From contig CM060731.1 in NCBI GenBank assembly GCA_030704615.1, positions 89,962,001 to 90,026,000 on the forward strand: a stretch of 64,000 nt of DNA. Direction: 5' to 3'. The position numbers were made by a program, and so were the translations under genes. Origin of the DNA: Takakia lepidozioides. Lineage: Eukaryota; Plantae; Bryophyta. Below the pieces are notes generated by a model. The model did no database searches, had not been told where the DNA came from, and saw only the letters and a program-made list of their open reading frames with translations. Position 1 is the first letter of the stretch. Every line of letters starts with the position of its first letter. Shown here one piece after another: positions 24,691-38,251 of the stretch.

Positions 24691-25245
24691 AAGTTTCCAG
24701 TTCAAAAATCAGAATATAAAATCAAAATCAAAATAATTAAAATCAAAATCAGAATTTTAATAATCAAGTTTGATACTGCAGGCGAGGTTGGTTTTTCCAT
24801 GAGCAAAGGCTGTGAGTAGAGGAGGAATATTCTCCATTTCTGTGAGCACAGTGGGAATATTATCCACAAAAGGAATATTCTTTACAAACAAACCTGTACC
24901 GAACCAAATCCCGAAGCTACGTAGCAGGTTCGGACCACTACCGAGCCTACAACACTGTTCGGCGCCGGCAGTGCTGGCACCTACGTTTTAATTTTAATTT
25001 ATTCTATTTTAGTTTATTTTTATTGGTTTTTACTTTGCACGTGTCAAGTCGGGTTCGGCGCCGAACCTTAACCTTTGAGGCGTTTCAAATTTGTGGTTAT
25101 ATGCGCTGTAGTAAGTACTTAATGTAGTTATCGAGTAAAAATCTCATTTTTTTTAGGTCAATGTCATGGATTTGTCTTACATCTACAATATCTTGAATCC
25201 AAAATCGGAATCCCTAAACCTGAACCTACCCCCAACCTACCCCAA

Positions 25246-28200
25246 TTTTTTTTTAATAAAAGTATTATATATATATATTGTTTGTTGGAAAAGGGACTGA
25301 GGCCCTGCTCGAACTTTATTATAATTATTGGAGGGAAAAAAATAAACCCTCGGTTGCCAAAGGCTGCATAAGGCATGTCACACAGGAGGCTGTGCCAGAT
25401 AACGTAGAGCTAGTAACTGTAATAAGAAGACACCATAAGACGTGATTAAATCACTAGAAACTCCAAGTGTGGAGAGGGTCCAGCCCTCAGATGATTATCC
25501 ATGCTGGTGGAGTGTAGCATTAGGGTGATAAGAGTGTAATTTAGCGAGTGGGAGGGAAGAGGGTTAGGAGAGGACTCTAGCCCTAAGAATATTTGGCAGA
25601 GGTAGGATCGGGGGTTTGACAGAAGGGGGTGGTAGCGAAGGGGGATGGTGAAGAAGGAGCAGGCAGGATAGAGAGAGGCGAGATTGAGACAAAGTGGGGG
25701 ATTGGATTAGAGCAGAGGAATAAGAGTTCTAACGGTGGAAGTGGAGGCGCGCTACTGAGGAGGACCTGACATGCTTCCAGTTGATCTCCTATCTTTCAAA
25801 CTCTGGGGATGCTGAAGAGCAGTCCTCTATGTCCTTCCCAGTAGGAGGGGATGCCCTCTGTCCAAATACAGGAGAGATCATAAGTGCAGCGACAAATGAT
25901 TCTGAGGTGGGCCCAAGTTGTCTGGAAGGCATGGAGTAGTGCAAGCTGGCGCTCAGGTTTCTTGACAACCTCTGCACACAAGGAAGCCCATTCTTTTTTA
26001 GCTGCTACTTTGAGATCAAAGAAGACAAGAGTCAAAATAGCAGTTGCGGATGTATTTTTCTTGTTGTAGATCCATGCACATCGACCCTTCCATATGTTCC
26101 AGAGAACTGAGTACCTTAGTACTTCAAAAACCGGGCAGTCCTGAGCTTTTGCTTTCCTTGTTTGACTGTAGTTGAGGAGGATTTTCACGGAGTGAAGGTT
26201 GAAGGGCTCCCAGTTTCTGTAGAATGATTGGACCAAGGGCCAAATAATTTTCGGTGCTAGGCATTGAAAGAGACAGTGCTCCTGGGTTTCTACTGTTTGG
26301 TCAGGACAACATCCACACAGGGTAGCAGCGTTGAAGTTTAAATTAATGTATTGGCCAACCTTGAGGACTCTGTTGGCTATCTGCCACAAAAATGCACTTA
26401 TCTTGGTAGGTTTTTTCTTCTCTCAGACTATTGACCAGATGCCCTTCCAGTTTTCCTCGCTGAATCTCTCATGATTCCATCTGCCTCCCATTTTGTGGTG
26501 AGGTCTGGCACGAAGTAATGCTCTGTAACCCTGTCGAGCAGAGTATGAGAAGAGAGGATGAATCTCGTCATTGATTGTCCACTACCACTCAGCAGGGTCC
26601 AATTGCAAGGATGCGATGCCCGAGTTTCCAACCAGAGTGAATGATTCTTTCCTAAGCCATGTTAACAGGGGAATACCTCCTTGGACAGAAGGATTGAAGT
26701 TTTTTTCTGGTGAAGACCAGTGGCAGATCCTAGCAAGGATGGCTTCCTGATTTGGAATTGAAATGATGTCTGAGCTAGTAAGGGAGAGGCTGCCTGTGAG
26801 TTCATGAGCCTGAAATTGTAACCGGAGATCATAGATGGATAGACTTCAGAAACATAGATGACTTGTAAGGATGGACTTTGTGGAAGAATCCATTGATGTG
26901 GTCTATGAGGGTCCGGGCCATCCTTGAGTACTAGTTTTCAGGTATCCGGGATTGACTGGATGATGAGAGGTATTCCTGATTGGAGACGATTCGCACCTAG
27001 AGCCCCTTTCAGGGATTGAGGGGTGCTGTCCCAGAGGTGTTTAATTGTGGAGAAGCCTCTGTTTTCCCATTCAGCCCATCTTTTTGCTGAACCCCGGTTA
27101 TCTATCGATGGGTTAGGGTCATTAAGGAATAGGTGTTGTCTCAAGATTTCATGAAATGAGGATGGCTCTTTTTTCACCAAAAAAGGCCGGAGACAATTCC
27201 AGGATTTCCAGATAGAGGACCAAAGATCAGAGCCCGACAATTTGTGATTGAATCCTTGGACAATCCATCTGCTAGATTGTGGCCATAGAACCCGTTGCAT
27301 TGGGGAGGAGGAGTAGATAGTGTTAGCTACCATTAGCTTCCACCAGCCTCCCTCGGGCCCCAGATATCTGGGTATCCATTTCCCGAGAAGCGCCTTAACT
27401 TGAGTCTCTGGGTCTAAGACTCCTAGCCCTCCCATATTTTTAGGGAGGCAGATCTGGGCCCAGGATACTTGGGGTCTTCTGTTCTGAGAAGCAGATGCGG
27501 AGCCCCAGATGAAATTGCGTATCAGTCTCTTTATTTCTTTGAAGATTTTTGACTCCGGTCCCCAGGTGGAGGCAAAGTACCAAACCCCAGCTAATAGAAC
27601 TTGGTTTGCTATCAACGCTCTACCCGTAATAGAGAGGTGGCAAGACCCCCAGTAAGCAAGCTGGCGTTTCAGTTTCTGAATAGTGGGGCCCATACGTTGC
27701 TCTTCTGTCAGGTTGATCCCAAATGTATGCCCTAGCAAGGTGACGGTCTCGCCATCTTTAAGCCATGTGAGACCAAGGTGTTGGCCCTAAGTAGGGGATA
27801 CTCCTATGGTGGATTTAGACAGATCTCCAAGTAACAGGGCTTTAGTTTTTGACCAGTTGACCTTGAATCCCAAGATATCGCAGAAGTGGGCTAGGGTGTT
27901 TTGAGCCGCAACAAGAGTTGGGTGGTCTGCCTGAAGCAGCAAGAAGGTATCATCTACGTACATCGAATCTTTGACCTCATTCCAATGCCCAGTTCTGGGG
28001 TTCTGCAGTTACAAACCTTTCTCCAAGGGATTGCTTTGAAGCATATAGCCAAGGGCGTCTGCAACAAACAGGAAGAGGAATGGTGCAAGCGGGCATCCCT
28101 GTCTGACCGATCTTTGTAGTTGAAAAGGCTTTGACAGGTATCCGTTTATAGTGACTCTGCTAGTTGCTCCTTGCAAGAGGATGTGTACCCATTTGCAGAA

Positions 28201-30470
28201 ATAGGGAGGGAGGCCTGCTTTCTGTAGGACTGCCTGCAGGAAGGACCAGTCAACTTTATCAAAAGCCTTTTCGAAGTCTAGGAGCCAGAGGGCTAGAGCT
28301 TGGCCAGTGCTGGATGCATAGTTGCTTGCTTCTATTTGCCCTTAACGAAACCTGCCTGGCCGGGTCTGATCATGGATGGGAGAAGAGGTTGAATGCGAAG
28401 GGCCAGGGCCTTGGCGATTATTTTGTAAGCCACATTTAGCAAAGTAATGGGTCTGTAATTGCCAATGTTTGCTCTGTCCCCTTTCTTATGAAGAAGAGTG
28501 ATAACACCCTGAGTCAAGAAGACAGGCATGAAACCCTTTTTTTTAATGGCATTGGCCATGTCACAGAAGTCAGTGGAGATGGGTTGTCCACAGTGCCTTG
28601 TAAAATTCAACTGTCATCCCATCCATCCTTGACGCTTTGTTGTTATTCAGGGCTTTGAGTGCTTTCTCTAGCTCTTGTGAGGACATGTCAGCTTCTAACT
28701 CGGAGGTGTCATGGGGCTGAAGAGTATGAGGTATACATTGGAGGCATTCTCTAAGTTTATCAGGGTAGAGAGAGTCCTTTGGATCCGCCTGGAAGAGTTT
28801 AGAGAAGTGATTGTATGCGGAGGCACACATCTGTCTAGGGATGTTGGAGGAGGCTCCCGGACCGTCAATGTAAAGGTGGGAGATTGCCTGACTGGCCCTA
28901 CGTTGCTGCATTTTTTGGAAGAAATATTTGGACATCTTCTCGCCTTTCGTAGACCAGTTAATACATGCTTGCATTTTCATTTTGTTCTCCAGGAGTAGGT
29001 TGTATCTGTCAAGGTTGAATCGAGCTTCGAGGTAGGTATTGAAGGTGTGGGCGTCGCACCTACGAGCTTCTATTTTCTTCTAACAGACCCCTAGGCATTT
29101 CTTGAGGGCTTGCTGTTTTCTCTTCCTAGCCTCCGCAATTTCCCGGCTGAGTTCTTGGCTTAATTTGGTTGTAGCTGCTAATTTGGATTCGAATTTGAGG
29201 ATTGGGCATGAAGCCGTAGTGGCTGTGGAATGCCAAGCTTTTTTGAGGGCATCCATGAAGGAAGCCATGCAAAGATGCGAAGAGTTTAGTTTGTAACATC
29301 ATTTCCCTCTAGGGTGAGAGTTGGGCAGCGTGAGGGTTGCAGAGACCAAGGCATGGTCGAATCCTAGAGGGATAGGTTCCTGAGGGCTTAGAGAGGTGAA
29401 GGGGGAAAGAGAAAGAGAAGAATAAAATCTATCTAGTCGGGCCATGCATAGATCTTGAATATTTTTGTTGTTTGACCAGGTGAAGAAGGGACTGGAGCCA
29501 GAGAGGGCATCTGAGGGCCTCTCAAACTCAACCATACTGTGGGATTAGGTCAAACAGTGCCAAGAGAAGTCCTCATCATACCCAAGGTGGTATGAGCCTC
29601 TACCTAGTCTGTCGCCATCTCTCTCGACCATGTTAAAGTCACCACCAATAATCCATCTACTTATGTCTAGTTGCTGTGACATTAGAAGAGAGATTTATCC
29701 CAGAGTCTTGACCTTTCTAGGGAATCATTAGGGGCATAGATGTTGAGGAAGCCAACCGGGTTGTTGTCATTGGGGAATCTGAGGGAGCAAAATTGGGCTC
29801 TCCCTGGTTCCCAGATTTCATCCTTGACAAGACACTGAAACAAAGAGGGGGAGAGGAGGATGGCTATCCCTCCCTTTGTTCCTTCGTAGGATGACTTCCA
29901 CAGCGCAGAGGAGGTTGGCCACAATTGGTTAGTTAGTCTAAGGATCTTTCTATCACAGAGTTTGTGTTCCTGAAGGAAAACTATAGCCTGGGAGGAGATT
30001 AGGGGTTTAAGCCAGGCTGATAGCTTGACTTTTTTGAGTGCCATTTTGATGGCCTGGATAAAAAGAAGCGAAACCGGGTACGTTTGTCAGATGGGCTGAG
30101 AGAGAGGACTAGTAGAGGTTGGGTTGGGCGGTGTGGATGGGGTCTTTAAGGTGGATGAAGAGTACCAGTGGACTTGGCCTGCCATGGAGTGAGTTTCCAT
30201 AATCATCAAGCGGAATGAATCTTGCAGAGTTCTGGAAAAGAGATTGGAACGAAACAGGGGTTGCGAGTGGAATGTTATCCAACCCAAGGATGGAGGAGAG
30301 GCCACCCTGAGAAAGAGGGTAGAATTTTCCAGGTTTTCTTTAAGGCGGGTAGGGAGGAGGTGTTGTTCCGTAGACATAGAATTCTACACTTGCTTTTTGA
30401 CTGGAAATCAGAGAAGATGAGAAGTGGAGTCTTCCTCTTCCACATGAGTCTTCCTCTCTTTCTGCCCCCT
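25246..30470 (-). mobile_element. L1-clade LINE retrotransposon, 5'-truncated, degenerate ORF2
   Basis: APE endonuclease (FLQEHK, GIAILL, LNIYAPN, GGDFN, RLDRFY), RT (NYRPITLLNVAYKI, DFEKAFD, RQGCPLAP, YVDD at about 27950), and a zf-RVT-like C-terminus (ETQEHCLFQC, LWNIWKGR). A/AT-rich tail at about 25246-25280. Many stops and frameshifts. Confidence 0.92.
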
Positions 30471-30759
30471 TTTTATTTCAATTAAAAAAAACAAACAAAC
30501 AAACTGAAACAAGATGAAGGCCCTCATTAGTTAGCTGTCAGCTTCAATGAACGAATGTCAAGCTCGTGTGTGTGAATGGGTTTGCATCGACAGATGGGGG
30601 GCGCCTTTCTTGTCATCGCTGTCACGTTGAATCGCTGATTTACGAACCTTCAACTTGTTACAATCTGAGTTCAACCAGTCATCCGCCATGGCGGGGGCCA
30701 AGCACCCAAGTTGAAGGAAGGTGTGGTTACAGGGGCCAAAATGGAAGTAGTATATTTGA

Positions 30760-31135
30760 TGCAGATGTCATAAGTTGGGATCTGGGCTTGCAAGCCTGGC
30801 ATGCCTTCCAGCAGGAGGGTGGAAATCTTTTAAATCCGCCAATCAGGTGGCTATGCAGTCTATGGGTTTTGTGGATGTTGCAATGAGGGCTCACTGGGGC
30901 AGGCCTTAAACACCCACTTCTTGCGACCCATAGAGAGCGAGAAAGAATTGTGGATATTTACAAGACGGAGAATGGCATGAAACGGTCTAGTTTGGGCGGG
31001 GCCAAACATGTGTATGGAGAGAGAGACATAACACATTGGTTTGCTGGGGTTGCACAAGTTCAGCAGCAGGGCTGGAGGTTCCAGGTTAGCAGCAGGGAAT
31101 CCACTGCCTGGTTTTGTTACAAGTATGTTCACAAG
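30760..31135 (+). pseudogene. Possible degraded C-terminal remnant of another TORNADO1-like gene
   Basis: ERDITHWF..GLHK and TAWFCYKYVHK weakly resemble GKNVFKDFGLQR..VAWLCEKHVHS at 37.7 kb. Confidence 0.3.
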
Positions 31136-32244
31136 ATATCAGATGTCGGAAGATATGTAATCCCCAACATGTTACAGAAAAGAAGGAGGGATACAAACTC
31201 TGACATATATTTAAAACCCACAATCTACATAAAGTAGAAAATAGTACTTCAGATCATTCAAACCTGCTGTTACCTCAGGGGCAGTAGAACCTAGTTAAGC
31301 AACAGATCCATGGGGACCCTCGAATCAATAAGCACAGGACTAACCCTACTTTCAGCACAACTATTTTAATACCCCTTCTGACGGTAGCATGGAAAAGCCA
31401 GTAAGAATATGTTCGCATTATCACAGGGCTCCTGCTCTTATCTCTAGAACCTCTATTAAGGTTAAGTGAAAAGTTTTGAGAAGAGAATCCTGACCGTCAC
31501 AGAATTCAACGAGTGAAGTGATCGTTTTGTGAAAAGACATAGTAGGTAATTTCTTCATCTATGGACTGATTTAGAAGGTAGGGTCATATCATGTCCAATC
31601 TCTCTTCTCTGCTCCTGTCGTCTCCTCTCTCTCTCATACATGAACACCCAGGGCTGTTGTTTATGGGCTCACTCCCCTCAACTTCTCTACTCCGTTTATC
31701 ACCGTAGTATAGAAGAGAAGAGCGGCAAAGGACTTGTAAAAGGGTCTAATCAGGGCAGAAGGAGAACGATGGGAACAAACTGTTTACATATCGAGCAACA
31801 GTGATGTCTGCCACAAATCCCGTTACGCAAAGAAATATAGCAACAAGGAATACAGAGAGAGATGGATGATACCATCATGACCCTCAGGCCATCACAATCA
31901 GTAGATTCGGCAGTCATAACTTGAGACTAGACTACTCTGCAAGAGATCTGACAGCTTTCCTGCTGTCTGCAGAGCATGTCGCAATTTCAGATCATATATA
32001 CCCCGCGGATCAATCCGTGGGAATGGCGGCCATAATCTCAAACGTGAAGTTAATTGCAGCAACACTCTCAGGATGGAGGAACCAGTGTGCTACTGGTCCG
32101 GCTAGTTGTCCACTGTAGGGAGTGTTCACCGATTGATGATGATGCACCTTTGGAGAGAGGAAGGGAGTGCAGAAGCATTGTAAATTTACTATAACACCAA
32201 CGGAAGCCAGTCCCGCAAGTTGAAACCTCAGTTCTTCTATATTC

Positions 32245-35200
32245 ATGGAAGTTTCATGCCAAGCAGTTGTATCTGCTCTGAAAGATTCCAATTCTGACAT
32301 AGAGGAGCTCACCCTTGTGGAACAGTACCGTGCAGGAAGTTTTGAGGTGATGCTGCGATCCTCAAACACTGATGAGCTCAAGCAGAAGCCTCAGAAGTAC
32401 AGAATATCTATTGGCTCAGAAGTGCAGGACATCCACCTGATGTATAGTATCAGTACGAGCAAGACCTTGAAGTTCACCACTTTGCAGTTCTATTTCTATC
32501 ATCATCAGGGATTTGAGGAGCTGTGTAGATCTATGTGCACCAACGATGTTATGCTGTCTCTGAAGATTCAAAGAAAATTCGACGATGTTGGTTACTGGAC
32601 TTCCAGAAAGTTGCGATTGGTGAAGCATTTGGCGAATATGCTTGAGGTCAACGCCTCCCTCAAAGAAATGCATTTCCATGGAGGAAATTTAGAACATACA
32701 CTACTGGGTGAAAAGATTGGTGGAGCGCTGCAGAAGAATTGCACCCTTGAGACACTGGACCTTTTTGATACCATCATAGACCGAGTGGAAGCATTGGTTA
32801 GACCCCTGATTGCAGGTGAAGAAGGGCGCCAGGCCAATACCACACTTACGAAACTCCTCCTTGGTGGGTGGTGTTGCAACTCAGTTAAGATGTGAGGTGA
32901 AGGAGTGAAGGCTATCAGCACCATGCTTAGGAATAACTCAACACTGCAAGAGCTTGGAGTTCGAGGGGCATCCACATATAGCATGAGTGAGTCAGATGTG
33001 TGTAAACTAATTCAATCCTTACAGAGCAATGTAACTCTCCAAGTCCTGGACCTCTCTGAGAGTAAGGGTGTTACTGGAGACATCGTTTTTGCAACAATTA
33101 TGGATTTTCTTTCAGTCAATCATTCACTGAAGGAGCTGAGATTGACAAACACGGCCCTGTATTACGGGGCAAGAGATTTTGCTGTGAACCAAGAACTACG
33201 AAAGCATGCAAATTTTGACTCGCAAGCAGGTCTTGAAAACATGAAGGTGGGCAGGCCTAAATCTGCAAGGGTACTTCTGTGTGGGTGCCCCTATGCAGGC
33301 AAGTGAAACCTTGCAACCCTTTTCAGTAGCAGTGTTCTCTTGCTAACAGTACCTTTCATACCCCCTACATCTTACCAAATGAAGGACATGTGGGAGACTT
33401 CGATAGAGACAATATACTCTGCCCATGTCTGCAGATTCCACCAGACAAAATCATCCCGCCAAAAGGAGTTAGACTAGTAAAAGTAGCAGGGGAGAGCTGT
33501 ATTGACATGTGGTCTGCTGACAAGCTTCTGGTGTGACTTCACTACCATCTCTTGACATCTACATGGTCAAAGAGACTGATCAGCAATCTCCTTAGTACCA
33601 TGCTAGTGAGACACCTCCTTTAATAAACTAGCCTACACATTCACATGTTGAGGACCTTAGACAATTCCTGACGCATGTGTTGCAGTTCAAGTAGTGTATA
33701 GGTCCTTGGTACTTCTGGAATGAGCTTGTACATTACCTCAAATGTGCAAATTGCCATTACATGCAGGGAAAACAACATTGCGGAAAACAATAGTTCGTAG
33801 TCTTGGCTCCAATCGATGGTATGGGAAGGTTATGTTCCCCTTACTTGTGCTACGTCAATCCATGTGTGGTGGTATCAACCGCACCGAGCCCACGTGTGGA
33901 ATGGAGATAGAAGTCTTGGAAGATGCTTATGGTACATCAGTGTCCATGTGGGATATGTGGGGTCGAGAGGAACTCCATCCCATCCATAATTTTATGCTTC
34001 CCAATCTGAGTGACAGAGGAAACCCGTGCTCCTTTCTTCTAGTTTGCAGCCCGTTCCAGATCATAATGGAAAAGGGCAGGTTAATCTCCAAAAAGAAGAA
34101 ACGGCGGGAAGAGCTACAAAGTGAATTGGAGTTCTGGCTTCGATTCATTGCATCCAATACCAGGAGGTCCATTACCTTCATCCCACCTGTCACAGTTATT
34201 ATAACTCATGCTGACAGCCATCCTGGGCTTGTTGCTTGGGCAAGTGGGACTGTAGCAAGAGTTAAAAGAAAGTTTAAGGGTGTTGTCGATGTGTTGGCAA
34301 AGCCATTGGCTGTAAATGCGATGTCCACTCGTTCAGTAAGATCTTTGGCTCGCTTCCTCCAAGAGGATTGTAAGTATTTGTTGAGCAAGGCACCAAACAT
34401 CTTTAAGGCATGTATTGATATCAGACTGGCCTTGGCAGACAGGAACTCACAACAACCGGATGAGCCAGTGATAAGCTGGGGCACATTTTCAAGCCTTTGT
34501 CAACAGAAGAGGTTGCAAGGGCTAACTATCACACCTGGGTTGAAGACTTCCTTAATGCATGATGTGCGGAAAAGGCGCCAGAGAGTAGCCACTTATCTTC
34601 ATGATGCAGGGGAGATCATCTACTTCAAAGATATGAACTTCATAGTGGTAAACATGAATTGGTTTTTCAACAGAGTCATGGGCTACCTCATCTGGTTCTC
34701 AGATGTCAATGGCTTCACGACCCTCGAGGATCTGGACTATGATCTTAATCACTGTTTGCAGGACATTGGTCATCACCAGGGGAAAATTGGTTTTGATGCA
34801 GAGGGGTTGTTACAAGTACTGTTTCGGCTTGAGCTCTGTTTTGAGAAAGAGCCTGGGAACCGTGAACATGGCCTGTTTATTCCTACTGCGATAGCTGATC
34901 CAGAGGGAGCTTTGTGGGGAGTACCAAAATGGAATTGGCCATTGACCACAAGTTTTGAGCAAAGGCCCATCCATCTTGGTCGCAGGCTTCAGTGTGACGA
35001 CCCAGTGCACACATTCTTATGCCCTGGCTTCTTTTGCCGCCTCCAGGTATCCCCACTTCTTGCTCATTAAGGCAGTCACTAAGTCAGATAGTAACAGGTT
35101 TGGTTGCTCAGACTGCAATCCGTTCCTTCCAAGAGCTTTCATGAAGACTTGGTGAAACAGCTTCATGCCTGGTTGGTTATAGAAGGGTGTCATCAGTTGA

Positions 35201-36291
35201 GTCCTAAGCAACAGTCTCTTTCCAAACAAAGGTTAACTTGACGATACTTTTGCAAAATCCCTGTAATTTTCTTAAAGAATACTGTATAATGATAGATTTC
35301 ACCATATTAGCAGGTGCGTGGACATCCTAAAAGGGGGTTGTTCGGACTCTTAACATGAGACTTGTAGTATCACAAAGACACTGGATCATATTGTCTTTGC
35401 ATGTGCACAGGTGTTCTTGCACAAAAAGTTCTTGGGGCCGGACAGACAGAGAAAAGCAGCCTATAGAATTGAGAAGCATCGCATATACATTGTGGTATGT
35501 GACATGGAGGTGGTGGTGGAGTTTAGTGGGAAGATTGGAACATACATTGATGTGCTGATACGCTCGCCGAAAAACTATGACGACAGTGTGCATATTGTCC
35601 GTGACCAGGTGATGAAGCATATTCAAGGTCTCTGTGTTTCCCCAAGTGGGTGTCAGGGAGTCACTCTCGTGGAGGGCATCCTGCGGTCAGAATCTGTGAG
35701 GCAACGAATGTTGTGCAAGCACGGGAAGAACCAGGCAGTGCTAGTAGAAGACCTAAAGCAGGTGCTGCTGGCAGCTGGGCCCAGTTACCAAGCATATGAA
35801 CATACTTGGAGTGCAGTAAAAGAAGGGGAGTCTATGTTTCTCCGGCCTTACAGCGAAAATGCGATGCATCTGTTGGTGACTGAGGAGAAGGAAGACCTGC
35901 TCCAAAGGCGACTCCGCGACTTACAAGGGCTTGAGGTTGATCTGAATTTGGGCGATTATCCAGAGGGGTCACAACGCACTCCTGGAACACTCGCTGAGCC
36001 ATCAATGTCTGAGGTTCTGCTGAAGCAAACCAGGCTTCTTGAGAAGAAGCTGTGCTCAACTCTCCCAGCCCTCATAGATATCATAATACAGTCACAACAG
36101 CAAGAAGTGCCCCGCATAGTGCTGTTTACCACACAAGAGGCAAAACAAAAGCAGACCTTGGTAAGCAAGTTCATGCCAGGAACGAAGGCTCTCCAGCTTC
36201 ACCTGTTGTGTGAAGATAAATGCCAAGTACACAAGGTTGAGGGCCAGCAAGGACATGTGCTGACTTTGGCAGGGGATGCTTTCAACAAGAT
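32245..36291 (+). pseudogene. TORNADO1-like LRR-Roc-COR (ROCO) gene, disrupted
   Basis: RNI-like LRRs (NCTLETLDL, NSTLQELGV, NVTLQVLDL); P-loop GCPYAG|KTT across intron 33299-33766; G3-like WDMWG; FWLRFI, ITHAD, and COR motifs YLHDAGEIIYF, LELCFE, LGRRLQC..GFF.RLQ, LHLLCE. Exons about 32245-33298, 33767-35046 and 35411-36291. Premature TGA at 32893-32895. C-terminus missing on this strand. Confidence 0.85.
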
Positions 36292-37684
36292 AAGGAAGAA
36301 ATTCATTAGGTCTCCTGGAGGCCAAAGGAGAAAGATGTTCTCTGATGTTCCCTGTGGACGTTGGCTATTGCTTTAGGACAGCCTCAGGGTCTAATAACTC
36401 TCAACCGACAGGCTATGAGACTCGGGCGTTGCATGTATGCACTAGCAATGTTTCATTAAGACAGAAAAGATAAACGTTGTGACAAAAAGGGACCTTTAGA
36501 AGTTTTACCAATACGACTTTTTGGCTTTTTAGGGCCTGTCACCTATAATTTGGACCCCTGAGGTTTTTGAAGTATGGGTACCATACATACCTTCCCATTA
36601 TGTCCTGCCCAATGTGACCAAACCCTAATGAAGTATTTTCATCAAATAGTAGATTGCAACGCAAATCCCTCTATCATGATATATTGACTAACTTGAGAGG
36701 GTCTTCAACTTTGATTTTCAACATGACATCATCAGGCTACAGGCCTTTTTCAAAATGACTTACTAGGAGAAACAGAATGGATAGTAGGTTGACCAAGTAA
36801 TAGCTGTCTTGACAAAAAGAAGAAAATCATCTCACCGCACAGTAGAATTATTTGAACCCGCAGTTCAGTTGTACCCACCTGTGTCCACCAGAGGCCATAT
36901 TGTTTATAAATTGCTATTTGTGCTGCCCAAGGGGTAGTTGATCAATTGATTGTAATCTAGAGTCTCGCGATGTATATACTAGTTGTCTGACTGAAGGTGC
37001 TGAAAAGTGATTCTTTTAGCACAGATTTCGCATCTATTAAAAATCAATCTCTCATGTGTGCTCTGACACTGTTATGCCTGTGGAGTTCAGGAGATTCTAT
37101 CCCTTTTTATACCTGAACAGTCTGGGCTGTACAACTTGTAGAGCTTCTAGTCTTCAGTCTTTCACCTGTTTAAAAGCAGTTGCCTTAGCAATGGAGGTGT
37201 TGCCAAGGACAGTACACTTTCTGCTGCGGACATCTGTCACCAGAGAGAAGTGACACATTGTATTGCTGGTTGTAACTCTGTCAAACTTTCTAGTTCCAAG
37301 ACTTGAGCAGACACAGATCTGACTCTTTCAAGTCCAAGATTAACTTTCCTGATGGAGGAACACCTGCACTTATAGAACTCTTGTGTGGATTTTTAGTCCT
37401 CTTCTCCTTAGGGTGCACCCTGTGAACCCTCACGATCAGACATACATGAAAACTTGACATGTGTGATTCTGATCAGTGCTGACAAGAACTCCTGACGATG
37501 TGAAGTCACTGGTAGCATTTGCAGAAAAGCCCCTGGATTTGATTCCAAAGGAGTTTATTTCTCCACCATCACAAAATGAAAACTTACCCCTATGCTAAAA
37601 TCCCTTTCAAAGTCTGCCAGGAATTGGCTTAGCAAAGCCAATTCACTAGCTTTGTCCGGGTCCCTTTTCAGCCTCATTAGCAGT

Positions 37685-38083
37685 CTAACATGGGAACAAC
37701 TCCAACTCTCCAGATTGCAGTCCACTGTGCACATGTTTCTCACAAAGCCATGCCACTTGCTCAGTGATTTGCTCTTCGTCATCCTTGTAGACCACTCTTT
37801 GCAACCCAAAGTCCTTGAAAACGTTCTTCCCCACGAGGAAATCTACCAACCACTGCTCAGCAGTCTCTTTCTCAGGTGTCCTGATTCCGGATGCCTCTAG
37901 TGGCCGAGGTATTCTAGTTGTCCAATCTATTTGCCCCATGGCAAGCATGATTTCAGTAATAGGTTGAGCATACACCTTGGTAGGGTTGGGGATCATGTTC
38001 TCTATACCTACGGCGATATGTGCCCCCATTTTGATGGCCAATGTGACCCAGTTGAGCATATCAATCAGCAGTGGGTGGATCTT
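37685..38083 (-). pseudogene. Inverted C-terminal segment of the TORNADO1-like gene
   Basis: KIHPLLIDMLNWVTLAIKMGAHIAVG...AEQWLVDFL...FGLQRVVY...VAWLCEKH is the expected TRN1-like C-terminus. It continues in frame from ...AFNKI at 36291 if reversed. Confidence 0.8.
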
Positions 38084-38251
38084 CTTTGTCCCTCCCTTTC
38101 CTTTTGCGCGCATGATGCTAGATGCACATAAGAAAACTTCAAAAGACACCCTTTTCCTCACAAACTGTGCACAACCTTCTGTGGGCACCTTCATCGAGCA
38201 AAGACTGGGACATTAATCACACCCACCTTCCTGCTGAGATATAGACAGGCA

